Shown here: piece by piece, positions 9,242 to 17,918 of the stretch
Numbering within the stretch: the first letter of the stretch is position 1
How the letters are laid out: every line of letters begins with the position of its first letter
Source: Minisyncoccota bacterium
Lineage (GTDB): Bacteria; Patescibacteriota; Minisyncoccia; Minisyncoccales; UBA5738
DNA: 43,433 nt
Direction: 5' to 3'
Assembly (NCBI GenBank): GCA_025453415.1
Contig: JALOQL010000002.1
Coordinates: forward strand, 1-43,433
Position numbers and translations under genes: made by a program
The notes under the pieces: generated by a model
What the model saw: the letters and a program-made list of their open reading frames with translations, nothing else
Told to the model about the DNA's origin: nothing
Database searches by the model: none

Positions 9242-10233
9242 AGGCTCATCGTTTTTTTAACCGCCGCGACTATTTGCTCAGCCTTGGGATAATAAGCCGC
9301 CTCAAGCGAACGGCTGGCCGGCGCCGGACAATCCGGCAAACAGACTTTTTCTATCGGCGCCTTCAATGTATATACTTTTGTATATACATGAGTATATACT
9401 CGGCAAGCGATTTCCGAAGAGACGCCAAAACTCTGCCAGGCGCCTTCGGCGATCACCAGGCGGCCGGTCTTTTTGACCGATCCCAGGATCAGCGGCATAT
9501 CAAGCGGTTTTATCGTGCGCGGGTCGATCACTTCGATATCGATTCCCTCTTTTGCCAAAATTTCGGCGGCCTTCAATGCCTCGGGCACCAGATATGATAT
9601 CGCGACCACGGTCGCGTCGGAACCGTTGCGCAGTAATTTTCCTTTGCCGATCGGCACTTCATACAGTTCTTCGGGAACCTCCTCCTCCAGGCCGTAAAGC
9701 CAGCGGTCATCCAAAAAGACCACCGGGTCCGCGTCGCGCACCGCGCTGACCAACAGCCCCTTGGCATCGTAGGGACCGGACGGCATCACCACTTTCAGGC
9801 CCGGCGCGTGGGCGAAGATCGCCTGGATCGCCTGCGAATGCTGGGCGGCCTGCTCGCCGCCGCGGTTGATTATTCCCCAAAACACCGCCGGCACATTGGA
9901 ATTGCCGCCGGCCATATAGCGCCAATTGGCCGCGCCGTTGATGATCGCGTCCAACGCGTAAAACATGAAATCCAAACGCGGATAGTTCATTACGGGTTTC
10001 AGTCCGTTCATCGCGCTGCCGGCCGCCACGCCGCTCATCGCGTTTTCGGAAATCGGCGTATCAATGACCCTTTCTTCGCCGAATTCCTGGATCAGGCCGT
10101 TGCAGGTATTGCCCACGTACCACGGGCTCTTCACCCCCTGGCCGATCACAAAAACCGCCGGGTCGCTTTCCATAAGCTGGCGCAAGGCTTCGTTGATCGC
10201 CAAACCAAATTTCAATTTCCTATTCGAAGACAT
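9238..10233 (-). CDS. TPP-dependent 2-oxoacid/acetoin dehydrogenase E1 beta-like subunit
   Basis: RVIDTPISENA, AQHSQ, PGLKVVMPS, DAKGLL, EVIDPRTIKPLD, SVKKTGRL. Confidence 0.92.
   Translation of the reverse strand: MSSNRKLKFGLAINEALRQLMESDPAVFVIGQGVKSPWYVGNTCNGLIQEFGEERVIDTPISENAMSGVAAGSAMNGLKPVMNYPRLDFMFYALDAIINGAANWRYMAGGNSNVPAVFWGIINRGGEQAAQHSQAIQAIFAHAPGLKVVMPSGPYDAKGLLVSAVRDADPVVFLDDRWLYGLEEEVPEELYEVPIGKGKLLRNGSDATVVAISYLVPEALKAAEILAKEGIDIEVIDPRTIKPLDMPLILGSVKKTGRLVIAEGAWQSFGVSSEIACRVYTHVYTKVYTLKAPIEKVCLPDCPAPASRSLEAAYYPKAEQIVAAVKKTMSL
9368..9401. repeat. Three GTATATAC palindromes at a 12-bp period inside the E1 beta gene
   Basis: GTATATAC at 9368-9375, 9380-9387 and 9392-9399; encodes VYTHVYTKVYT. 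Confidence 0.9.
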
Positions 10234-11191
10234 GTTTTTGCAAATCGCTTACGACCGGCCGCGGACTGTCGATCGCGTATTCCTGCGCTTTTTTAACTTT
10301 TTCGGTAATTTCCTGCTTCACGGTTTCCAATTCGTCCTTGTCAAAAATTTTGTTTTCCAATAAATATTTTTCAAACCGCATTACCGGGTCTTTCGCCCGC
10401 CATTCATCAACTTCCGCTTGCGGCCTGATATCGGTGTGCTGGCCCTGAATATTGTCATCCGGCCCCACGTGGCCGCGCATACGATACGTCAATGATTCGA
10501 TGAAATACGGCCCGAGACCGGCGCGGCAATGTTTGGCCGCAATCTTGGCGGCTTCGTAAACTTTCAAAATATCGTTACCGCCAACTTGCGCCGCCGCGAT
10601 ACCGAACGGCTCTGCTATTTTATAAAGAGGAATGCCGGGCCGGCACTCACGAATGTGAAGGTGCGTGGAGTACAGGTTGTTTTCGCAAACAAAAATTACC
10701 GGCAGGCATTTCAACGCCGCAAAATTAAGCGATTCGTAGATTATCCCTTCGCCCGCCGCGCCATCGCCAAAAAACGTCGCGGCGATCTGGCCGTTTTTCT
10801 TGATCGAATCCGCCAGCGCCGCCCCGACCGCCATCGCCACGGTCTGGGAAATTATCGGCGCCGAACCCATAAAATTGCAGTCTCGCGCCATAAGGTGCAT
10901 CGAACCGCCCCGGCCGCGGCTGCAACCGGTTTCCTTGGTATAGATCTCGGCCAGCATCCGGTTGAGGTCTCCCCCCTTGGCCAGATAATGGCCGTGGCCC
11001 CGGTGGTTCGAAAACACCTGGTCGCCGCTTTCCAGCGCGGCGCACACGCCCACCGCGGACGCTTCCTGGCCGGTATACAAATGGCACGGGGTTTTCACCT
11101 CGCCCTTCAATATCGGGTCGATCAGACATTCCTCGGCCAGCCGGATCGTCAGCATCTTCCGGTACAAATTTTCCAAAAATGATTTTTCCAT
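10220..11191 (-). CDS. TPP-dependent dehydrogenase E1 alpha-like subunit
   Basis: HLYTGQEA, HRGHGH, GRGGSMH, TPP motif FGDGA...VCENN, TYRMRGH. Confidence 0.93.
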   Translation of the reverse strand: MEKSFLENLYRKMLTIRLAEECLIDPILKGEVKTPCHLYTGQEASAVGVCAALESGDQVFSNHRGHGHYLAKGGDLNRMLAEIYTKETGCSRGRGGSMHLMARDCNFMGSAPIISQTVAMAVGAALADSIKKNGQIAATFFGDGAAGEGIIYESLNFAALKCLPVIFVCENNLYSTHLHIRECRPGIPLYKIAEPFGIAAAQVGGNDILKVYEAAKIAAKHCRAGLGPYFIESLTYRMRGHVGPDDNIQGQHTDIRPQAEVDEWRAKDPVMRFEKYLLENKIFDKDELETVKQEITEKVKKAQEYAIDSPRPVVSDLQKHVFE

Positions 11192-11209
11192 TTTTTCTAC
11201 TAAAAACCC

Positions 11210-11336
11210 TGACCTAACTTTTTAAAATAATATTTTTTGGAGCATTATTTTACGCGGTCGGCCAAAAATACTAGGAAATTCGCCAGCCGGCGAATTTCCG
11301 TGCTCCGCGAAAATGTTATTTTAAAAATTTAGATCA
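11210..11336. repeat. 127-bp nested inverted-repeat element (MITE/REP-like or structured RNA)
   Basis: 27-bp arms 11210-11236 / 11310-11336 (24/27 complementary); GGAGCA/TGCTCC 11239-11244 / 11301-11306; TATTTT/AAAATA 11246-11251 / 11265-11270; perfect 11-bp hairpin 11274-11299. Confidence 0.8.
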
Positions 11337-11927
11337 CTTAAAAACCTTTGCGATCGTCAAAAAGATTATCTTGATGTCGGTAAACAGCGATTTTTCCTTG
11401 ACGTATTTTTTTTGCAGCTCCAGTTTTTGGGGCCGGATAAGCCTCTGGTAGGCTTCCTCCGGGTCCTTGGCCCCTTTCAGCGCTTCCCCTTCATGGAAGT
11501 TCCAAAGGGACGCGTAATCGGTCATTCCCGGCCTCACGGACAAGATAACATCTTTTTCTTCCGGCGTCATCATATCCACATACATTTTCACTTCCGGCCG
11601 CGGCCCCACCAGGGACATCTGGCCTTTCAAGACGTTTATCAATTGCGGCAGTTCGTCCAGCTGGTATTTTTTCAGGAAGTTGCCGATGCGGGTCAGGCGC
11701 GGATCGTCGCTCGAAGTGGACGGCCCGCCCATTTTGTCGGCATCCACGACCATGGTCCTGAATTTTAACATTTTAAACGGTTTGCCGTTTTTGCCGACGC
11801 GCTCGCCCATGTAGAAAACCGGCCCGCGGTCATTGGCCTTTATCTTGGCCGCGACAAACAAAAACACCGGCGACAAAATCGCCAACCCCAAACCCGAACC
11901 CAGGATATCGATCAATCTTTTTATCAT
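11334..11927 (-). CDS. Initiating polyprenyl-phosphate sugar-1-phosphate transferase (Bac_transf, small PglC-like)
   Basis: KRLIDI, KFRTM, DPRLTRIG, LDELPQLINVLKGQMSLVGPRP, RPGMT. Confidence 0.93.
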   Translation of the reverse strand: MIKRLIDILGSGLGLAILSPVFLFVAAKIKANDRGPVFYMGERVGKNGKPFKMLKFRTMVVDADKMGGPSTSSDDPRLTRIGNFLKKYQLDELPQLINVLKGQMSLVGPRPEVKMYVDMMTPEEKDVILSVRPGMTDYASLWNFHEGEALKGAKDPEEAYQRLIRPQKLELQKKYVKEKSLFTDIKIIFLTIAKVFK

Positions 11928-12706
11928 TTTATCGGACCGGTAAATTCAAACACGACCTTGAACGCGTATTTTTTCAAAAAAGGGATTTTCAAAAACAAGC
12001 GGTCGAACGGCTCGGCAACGTCCAGCAGCAGCCTTCCCCACGGCCGTCCGGAAACCGGAAAGAGCACCCAGTCGAACAAATGGAAATATTCAACATGTAC
12101 CTGCGTAAAATATTTTCTTGCCAAGGCAACGCCTTTCTCGTTGAAAATGTGGCTCGCGGCCCAGGCCGTGCGCTTCCCCGACCGGACATTACGGGCGCGG
12201 TTGGCGTTCGCCAGCGGGTTATGGCCGAAAGTTTCTATACCTATCAACATTCCGCCGGGACGCAGGATGCGCGCCATCTCCGGAAACGCTTTTTCGATAT
12301 CGATCGAAGAAAAGGTGCCGCCGTCAAAAATCACATCGAAACTATTGTCCGTAAAATCGGTTTTCTCGCAATCCATTTTCAAGAAACCAACCGTACCGTC
12401 CGATCCGGACGCCGCCGCATTTTTTTGGGCCGCTTCAAGCAATTTATCCGACAGGTCAATGCCCAGCACGCTTTTGACTCCCATTTTGCCGATCGGCATC
12501 GTGTGGACGCCATTGCCGCAACCCCAATCCAAAACCTCTTTGCTCATGCAATTTTTTTCCAATAATTCATGGGCGCGGCGAAAGCTGGACAGCCGCAACG
12601 GCTTGAATCCCTCGAAATCGACGGGTTCGCCCGCCCCGAACTCCGGAATCGCGGCACTGCCGGCCTGTTCGTAATATTCGATCTCTTCAGTTTTTCTGTC
12701 TTCCAT
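11924..12706 (-). CDS. Class I SAM-dependent methyltransferase
   Basis: VLDWGCGNG motif I, GIDLS, SFDVI, RILRPGG. Confidence 0.9.
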   Translation of the reverse strand: MEDRKTEEIEYYEQAGSAAIPEFGAGEPVDFEGFKPLRLSSFRRAHELLEKNCMSKEVLDWGCGNGVHTMPIGKMGVKSVLGIDLSDKLLEAAQKNAAASGSDGTVGFLKMDCEKTDFTDNSFDVIFDGGTFSSIDIEKAFPEMARILRPGGMLIGIETFGHNPLANANRARNVRSGKRTAWAASHIFNEKGVALARKYFTQVHVEYFHLFDWVLFPVSGRPWGRLLLDVAEPFDRLFLKIPFLKKYAFKVVFEFTGPIK

Positions 12707-13715
12707 GTTTTTCGGGAAACGATAATTTAATGATACCCCATACCGAGCCGAAACCGTAGCCGAAATGCCGCGCCGCGAATGCCGGCGGCAGCAATAACGC
12801 CAAGTACGGATCCCTTTCCTTTATAGCGGTTGCCATTGAAATTAATAATGAAAGCGCCAGGTAACCCGCGGCCAGTCCGGCCAGCAAATATGATGCCGGG
12901 TGCCAGAATAACGCGGCCGCGGCCAGTCCGGCCAGCAGTATCATGAAAAACAGCGGCGCGTAGTGGCGCGGCCTTAAAGGCATTTTCATGAATTTTAACG
13001 GATAAACCGCCCAGACGCCATCCCAAAAATTGTGGATAAAGAAATCCTTCAGGCTATCTTTGGGAAAATAGCCGACCACAATATCGGGATACAGCATGAT
13101 CCGGCCGCCGGCCTTTTTAAGCCGCATATTGAATTCCATGTCCTGGCTGCGTTTGAGCCGCTCATCAAACAAGCCAACCCGCCCGAAAACCTCTCTTTTA
13201 TAACAGCCGCCGAAAACCGTGTCCACCGCCATCGGCGCCGCAACCTTTTTGGTCTTGTAGTAGGCATTACCGGAACCAAACGCCGAAGATATCGCCTTGG
13301 CAATCGCCGCGGCCGCATGCTTGCCGTGTTGGGCGCGGATTTGGACAATGCCGCCGACATTGTCCGATCCCGATTCCTGCGCATGGATAACGCACTTGGA
13401 AATATAATCTCGGTTGTATCCGGCATGGGCGCCCATCATGATGATGTAATCGCCTTTCGCGGCGCGAACCCCGATATTGAAAGCGCTGGGAGTGAATTTT
13501 TTCGGATTTTCCAGCATCCGAACCAATGGATATTTATCGGAATAATTTTTAATTATCTCCCGGGTCTTGTCGGTGCTCATCCCGTCCACCACCATGACCT
13601 CGAAACGGTCGCGCGGATAATCCTGGTCCAAAACCGTTTCCAGGCATTTGCCCAGGAAACGCTCTTCATTCCGGCACGGAATCACTATTGAAACTAGGGG
13701 CAGGGTTCTTTCCAT
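12687..13715 (-). CDS. Glycosyltransferase family 2 (ExoA-like) with C-terminal TMs
   Basis: SIVIPCRNEE, VVDGMSTD, MGAHA, FDERLKRSQDMEFN, hydrophobic C-terminus. Confidence 0.92.
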   Translation of the reverse strand: MERTLPLVSIVIPCRNEERFLGKCLETVLDQDYPRDRFEVMVVDGMSTDKTREIIKNYSDKYPLVRMLENPKKFTPSAFNIGVRAAKGDYIIMMGAHAGYNRDYISKCVIHAQESGSDNVGGIVQIRAQHGKHAAAAIAKAISSAFGSGNAYYKTKKVAAPMAVDTVFGGCYKREVFGRVGLFDERLKRSQDMEFNMRLKKAGGRIMLYPDIVVGYFPKDSLKDFFIHNFWDGVWAVYPLKFMKMPLRPRHYAPLFFMILLAGLAAAALFWHPASYLLAGLAAGYLALSLLISMATAIKERDPYLALLLPPAFAARHFGYGFGSVWGIIKLSFPEKHGRQKN

Positions 13716-13719
13716 GGAA

Positions 13720-14391
13720 TTAATTTTTCACCATTTGCCAGCAGTCCGCTCCCAATATTTTTACCACCCGGCCGCAATCAAAACCGCATTCGCGAATTTG
13801 GGTTTCTACCTCCGCAATCTTGATATTTCGGTCGTCGATTTCCCAGTAATGCGCCGGGTCTTTCCAAGTTATTTTTTTGACCACCTGCTGATAAAAAGAT
13901 TTCGGGCTGCTTTTTAACCACGCGGGCAAATCGATGATCCAGGGCTTTTTATAGGAAAGCGGCGTGGCCAGCAGAACGCGGCCGCGGCGGTGCGGCAGGG
14001 AAATGAGGGCTTGGCCGCCCGGGCGCAAATAGCGATTGATATTATTTAAATTGGTTTTCAAATCCTGGTAAGGCATGTGCTCTAAAACCTCGGTGCAAAT
14101 CACCGCGTCAAACCGTCCTTCCAGGCTTTCGTTAAAAACCCGAACATCGGCAACCACATCGGGCTGGAGCTTATCATTAATATCCATCACCATGTATTCT
14201 TCCGCGAATTGGGACGCGCAGTGTTTCACGATCCCGTCGCCGGAACCGATCTCCAAAATTTTTATCGGGCCCAAATCGAGCAGCCTGCGGATAATGAATT
14301 CATGCCGGCATAAACTCGGAATATCTATCCCCCGCAAATATTCTATCTTGTCTATAAAAAGCAATTTGTCGAAATCCTCTTTTTTATCCAT
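13720..14391 (-). CDS. Class I SAM-dependent methyltransferase
   Basis: ILEIGSGDG, FDAVICTEVLEH, LRPGG; start placed at ATG 14391 (track extends to 14415). Confidence 0.88.
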   Translation of the reverse strand: MDKKEDFDKLLFIDKIEYLRGIDIPSLCRHEFIIRRLLDLGPIKILEIGSGDGIVKHCASQFAEEYMVMDINDKLQPDVVADVRVFNESLEGRFDAVICTEVLEHMPYQDLKTNLNNINRYLRPGGQALISLPHRRGRVLLATPLSYKKPWIIDLPAWLKSSPKSFYQQVVKKITWKDPAHYWEIDDRNIKIAEVETQIRECGFDCGRVVKILGADCWQMVKN

Positions 14392-14428
14392 GTAAATGTT
14401 AACCGTTAAAAACAATGGCCCCCGCGCA

Positions 14429-15334
14429 TCAAGCGGCCTGTCGGATTATACGGGCCGGGTTCCCGACCACCACCGCGCCGGCGGGCACCGATTTCAGCAC
14501 CACGGCGCCAAGCCCCACCGTAACCCGGTCGCCGACAACTATGCCGTTCATGATCGAGCTGTTGGGCGCGATCCAGCAATCGGCGCCGATCCGGGCGCTG
14601 CCGCACACCGCCGCGCCGGCGATAACCAGGGTCCGGGCGCCAATTTTGACATTATGGGCGACAAACACATTATCGTCAATTTTAACGTTGTCGGCGATCT
14701 CGGTGTCCGCAAGCGTGCCGCGGCAAATAACGCTGTTGGCGCCGATTTCCACATTATCGCCGATCACCACGCCGCCCAAATGCTTCAGAGGAAAAGGGAT
14801 CCGGTTTTCATCGCGTTCAAAACCAAAACCTTTCTGGCCCACCACCGCATTGGATTTAATGACCGTATTTTTGCCGATCCGCACGTTATCGGCAACGACC
14901 GCGCCGGCCATGACCACCGAACCGTCGCCGATGGCGACATTTTTTCCGATGACCGCGTATTCGCCAATGACAACGCGGCCGATCCGGCAACCCTCGCCGA
15001 TCAGCGCGGTGGGATGGATCTTGACTTCGAATTCCGGGGGCGTAAGGCGTTGGATCAATTTCGCAAACGCCAGCCGCGGATTTTGAACAACGACATAAGC
15101 CCGGCCGTTCTTTTGCGGCAATGTTGCGCCGCGGCGGCAAACCACGATCGAAGCGACGCTCTGCTCCAGAAACCGCGCCGCTTCTTCTCCCTGACGGCTG
15201 CAAAAGCAAAGCGATTCCCCGTTGGCGCGGTCAATGGGCAGGAAATTTGAAAAAGTCGCGGCCGGGTCGCCCTGAATTTCGATCTGCTCGCCGGCCAGAA
15301 CCTCTCTGACCGAATCCAATGTGTGTTTTTCCAT
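14429..15334 (-). CDS. LpxD-like left-handed beta-helix N-acyltransferase lacking the C-terminal helical domain
   Basis: N-terminal LpxD-like domain (NPRLAFA), hexapeptide repeats, GFGF loop, VEIGANSVICRG, VAHN catalytic His; ends just after GNPAR. Confidence 0.85.
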   Translation of the reverse strand: MEKHTLDSVREVLAGEQIEIQGDPAATFSNFLPIDRANGESLCFCSRQGEEAARFLEQSVASIVVCRRGATLPQKNGRAYVVVQNPRLAFAKLIQRLTPPEFEVKIHPTALIGEGCRIGRVVIGEYAVIGKNVAIGDGSVVMAGAVVADNVRIGKNTVIKSNAVVGQKGFGFERDENRIPFPLKHLGGVVIGDNVEIGANSVICRGTLADTEIADNVKIDDNVFVAHNVKIGARTLVIAGAAVCGSARIGADCWIAPNSSIMNGIVVGDRVTVGLGAVVLKSVPAGAVVVGNPARIIRQAA

Positions 15335-15344
15335 GGTTTTCGCG

Positions 15345-15989
15345 CTAACGAATCGTCCATTTCACGACCTGGAAAGTTTCGGCGTATTCGGCATCGCCGC
15401 TCTGGCCCCCCCGGACTTTGGCCAGGCTGGAAATGAAATCGGGAGACATGTAAAAACGGTTCCCCTGCGATTTATAGCACGCAAGCGCGGCAATCTTCTT
15501 GTCCAGATCGCTTTTCCCAAGTACCACAAACGATTCGGTCTCAAAAGTCAGATTGTTCCAAGGGAGCTCATAGCCCAGAATGCTCACCTGGGTACCCTTG
15601 AACGCCCTCAAACCTTCTTGATACATGACTTGATGGTCCTGATGCACGTCAAAAACCGAAGGCAGCATCACAATGCCCGGATCGATCTTTCTCTTCAATC
15701 CGATCAGGTCGTCGAGGATTTGCTGGCGATGTCCGGGAAAATTCCTGACCGGATAATTGAAAAGGATAAGGTTTTCCGGCTTTAACCCCAAAATCCGGGT
15801 CGCTTCGCGCACTTCGGTTTTCAGGATATCGCGGGGAAATCCCGGCGGCACGGATTCGTCAGCCGAGGAAAAAGCCGCGTAAAACACTTCCTTGCCCTCC
15901 CGGATGAATTTGGCAATGGCGCCGCCGCAGCCCAATTCGCCGTCATCGGTATGGGGACATATTATCAATATTTTATCAAATGAATCCAT
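15345..15989 (-). CDS. PIG-L/LmbE family N-acetyl-sugar deacetylase
   Basis: PHTDDGELGCGG and HQDH zinc motifs, YKSQ, AETF. Confidence 0.9.
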   Translation of the reverse strand: MDSFDKILIICPHTDDGELGCGGAIAKFIREGKEVFYAAFSSADESVPPGFPRDILKTEVREATRILGLKPENLILFNYPVRNFPGHRQQILDDLIGLKRKIDPGIVMLPSVFDVHQDHQVMYQEGLRAFKGTQVSILGYELPWNNLTFETESFVVLGKSDLDKKIAALACYKSQGNRFYMSPDFISSLAKVRGGQSGDAEYAETFQVVKWTIR

Positions 15990-16007
15990 GGTTTTATTAT
16001 CCTAACA

Positions 16008-17018
16008 TTAATATTTTATTTTCCTCCGAGGCGGAATAAACAGCCTGGCGACGCCCATAATGGAACCCAGGCCGAACCCGAAATAACGAACGGTAAACGC
16101 CAGCGGTATTAGAAAAATGTAGGCCGGATTTTTTTCTCGGGCGGCGATCCTGGCCGCAAAGTTTAGGTTGGCGGCAAAATATACAGCACCCAATATCGCC
16201 AATAAGACCACGAAAGGCCACCAAATAAATGACAAGATGGCAAGACTAAAGGCACCCAAAATAAAAAGAAACGGAAGGTAATGGCGGAATTTCGAAGGAA
16301 ATTTTGCGAATTTTATCATGTAAACGACCCACATGCCGTCGCTGAATTCATGTTTCGCCAATTCTTTAAAACTGCTTTTCGCATAATAGCAAGACTTGAT
16401 GTCCGGAAACATCAGTATCCTGCCGCCGGATTTTTTCAACCGCATATTGAATTCCATATCCTGATGGCGTACTATTCCTTCGTTAAACATGCCAACCCTT
16501 TTAAAAACATCTTTTTTATAACAACCCCCAAAAACGGTATCCACCTCTATAAATGGACGATTGACCGATTCATCCAATCTTCTCGATTTGAACAAGCTCG
16601 ATAATGAAAAAACGATCGCTTTGGCGGTCAATGTATCCGCCATCGTTTTTACCATCAGCATTCCGCCCACATTGTCCGCGCCCGACGATTTCAAAGCCGC
16701 GACGCATTTTGAAATATAATCGCGCGGATATTCCGCGTGTGCGCCCATGATCATGATGCACTCTCCGCGGGCCGCTTTGATACCGATGTTAAAGGCGCAT
16801 GGAGTCGTCATAAGGGGATTATCCATCATCTTGACCCATGGACAGCGCCGCTCATAACCGGCGACTATCGAACGCGTACCGTCTTTTGACATTCCGTCAA
16901 CCACGATGACTTCCATCGATTCTTTCGGAAAAGACTGCTTTTCAAGCGAATCTAAACAAATCGCGATGTATTTTTCCTCGTTCCGGCAGGGAATGACAAT
17001 TGTGGCAATTATCGGCAT
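16008..17018 (-). CDS. Glycosyltransferase family 2 (ExoA-like), paralog of 12687..13715
   Basis: IVIPCRNEE, VVDGMSKD, MGAHA, DTVFGGCYKK, QDMEFNMRLKK. Confidence 0.92.
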   Translation of the reverse strand: MPIIATIVIPCRNEEKYIAICLDSLEKQSFPKESMEVIVVDGMSKDGTRSIVAGYERRCPWVKMMDNPLMTTPCAFNIGIKAARGECIMIMGAHAEYPRDYISKCVAALKSSGADNVGGMLMVKTMADTLTAKAIVFSLSSLFKSRRLDESVNRPFIEVDTVFGGCYKKDVFKRVGMFNEGIVRHQDMEFNMRLKKSGGRILMFPDIKSCYYAKSSFKELAKHEFSDGMWVVYMIKFAKFPSKFRHYLPFLFILGAFSLAILSFIWWPFVVLLAILGAVYFAANLNFAARIAAREKNPAYIFLIPLAFTVRYFGFGLGSIMGVARLFIPPRRKIKY

Positions 17019-17038
17019 TTTGTAATTTAGAGTTTATT

Positions 17039-17914
17039 CTAGCCGGCCACCGATCCAGATACCGACTTTTTAAAAACCAGGATTTTGGGAGCCGTAGATC
17101 TGCGCGGCACAATAGGCATAAAATTATAATCAAACGGTTTTGCCGCGAATAATAGGCATTTTTTTCCAAAATCATACAACCGGTTTTTCTTGTTCGTCTC
17201 TTTCTGATCGATCAAATCATGCCTTAAGCGAGCACCCCTCCCCAAATTACCGCCCAAGGAAATCATCCATTTTGCCGTCTTGGCATAGCCCTCGCATAAT
17301 TTGACTCCAAGCTGGGGATAGTTCATTTCCGAAACAAGCGAGCAACGATTTTTTTCAAAAGCCGCCTTGTATTCTTCTTTGGCGCGCACAACTTGGTATT
17401 GATTTCCCGATATCGATTTGGCGGCAGGCGCGACCGTCTCGAAAATCAATATTATTCCTCCCGGCTTTACCGCTTCGACAAGCTTAACCGCCGTTTCCAA
17501 AAATGAATTTTCTTCGGTAATATGCTGCAGAACCGTAATGCTTATCGCAATATCGAAACTGCCGGCAACAAAATTCGACCGCGAAATATCGCCGGCGGAA
17601 AATTTCATATTAGCGTTACCGCCGAATCTCTTTTGCGCGTGCCTGATCGCTTCGCGGCTTATATCATTCCCCAGGACAAAAGCCCCTTTCTTGGCGAATT
17701 CGCCGGCAAAATCGCCCGTGCCGCAACCGATATCCAAAACTTTCGTCCCGGCGCCAACAGCAATCCCGGCGCGCTTCAGAGCCTTGGATACGGCCCGCAA
17801 CCGCAATGGTTGGTCATAAGCGTATATCAAATCATCGCTCCAGCCGGTATGAGCATATTCGCGGAATCGCTCACTCCACCAATTTTCCGAATCATAGTTA
17901 TCTTGCTTTGGCAT
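17039..17914 (-). CDS. Class I SAM-dependent methyltransferase
   Basis: VLDIGCGTG, GNDIS, SFDIAISITVLQH, VKPGG. Confidence 0.9.
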   Translation of the reverse strand: MPKQDNYDSENWWSERFREYAHTGWSDDLIYAYDQPLRLRAVSKALKRAGIAVGAGTKVLDIGCGTGDFAGEFAKKGAFVLGNDISREAIRHAQKRFGGNANMKFSAGDISRSNFVAGSFDIAISITVLQHITEENSFLETAVKLVEAVKPGGIILIFETVAPAAKSISGNQYQVVRAKEEYKAAFEKNRCSLVSEMNYPQLGVKLCEGYAKTAKWMISLGGNLGRGARLRHDLIDQKETNKKNRLYDFGKKCLLFAAKPFDYNFMPIVPRRSTAPKILVFKKSVSGSVAG

Positions 17915-17918
17915 AATA

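Noticed and set aside
11210..11336. Simple Rho-independent terminator, tRNA or CRISPR repeat
   Set aside because: The GC hairpin has no adjacent U-tract on the coding strand, there are no tRNA D/T-loop motifs, and there is no repeat-spacer periodicity or cas gene.
14429..15334. Calling this gene lpxD of lipid A synthesis
   Set aside because: It lacks the C-terminal helical domain and has no lpxA/B/C, fabZ or bamA context; it sits among glycan-tailoring genes.
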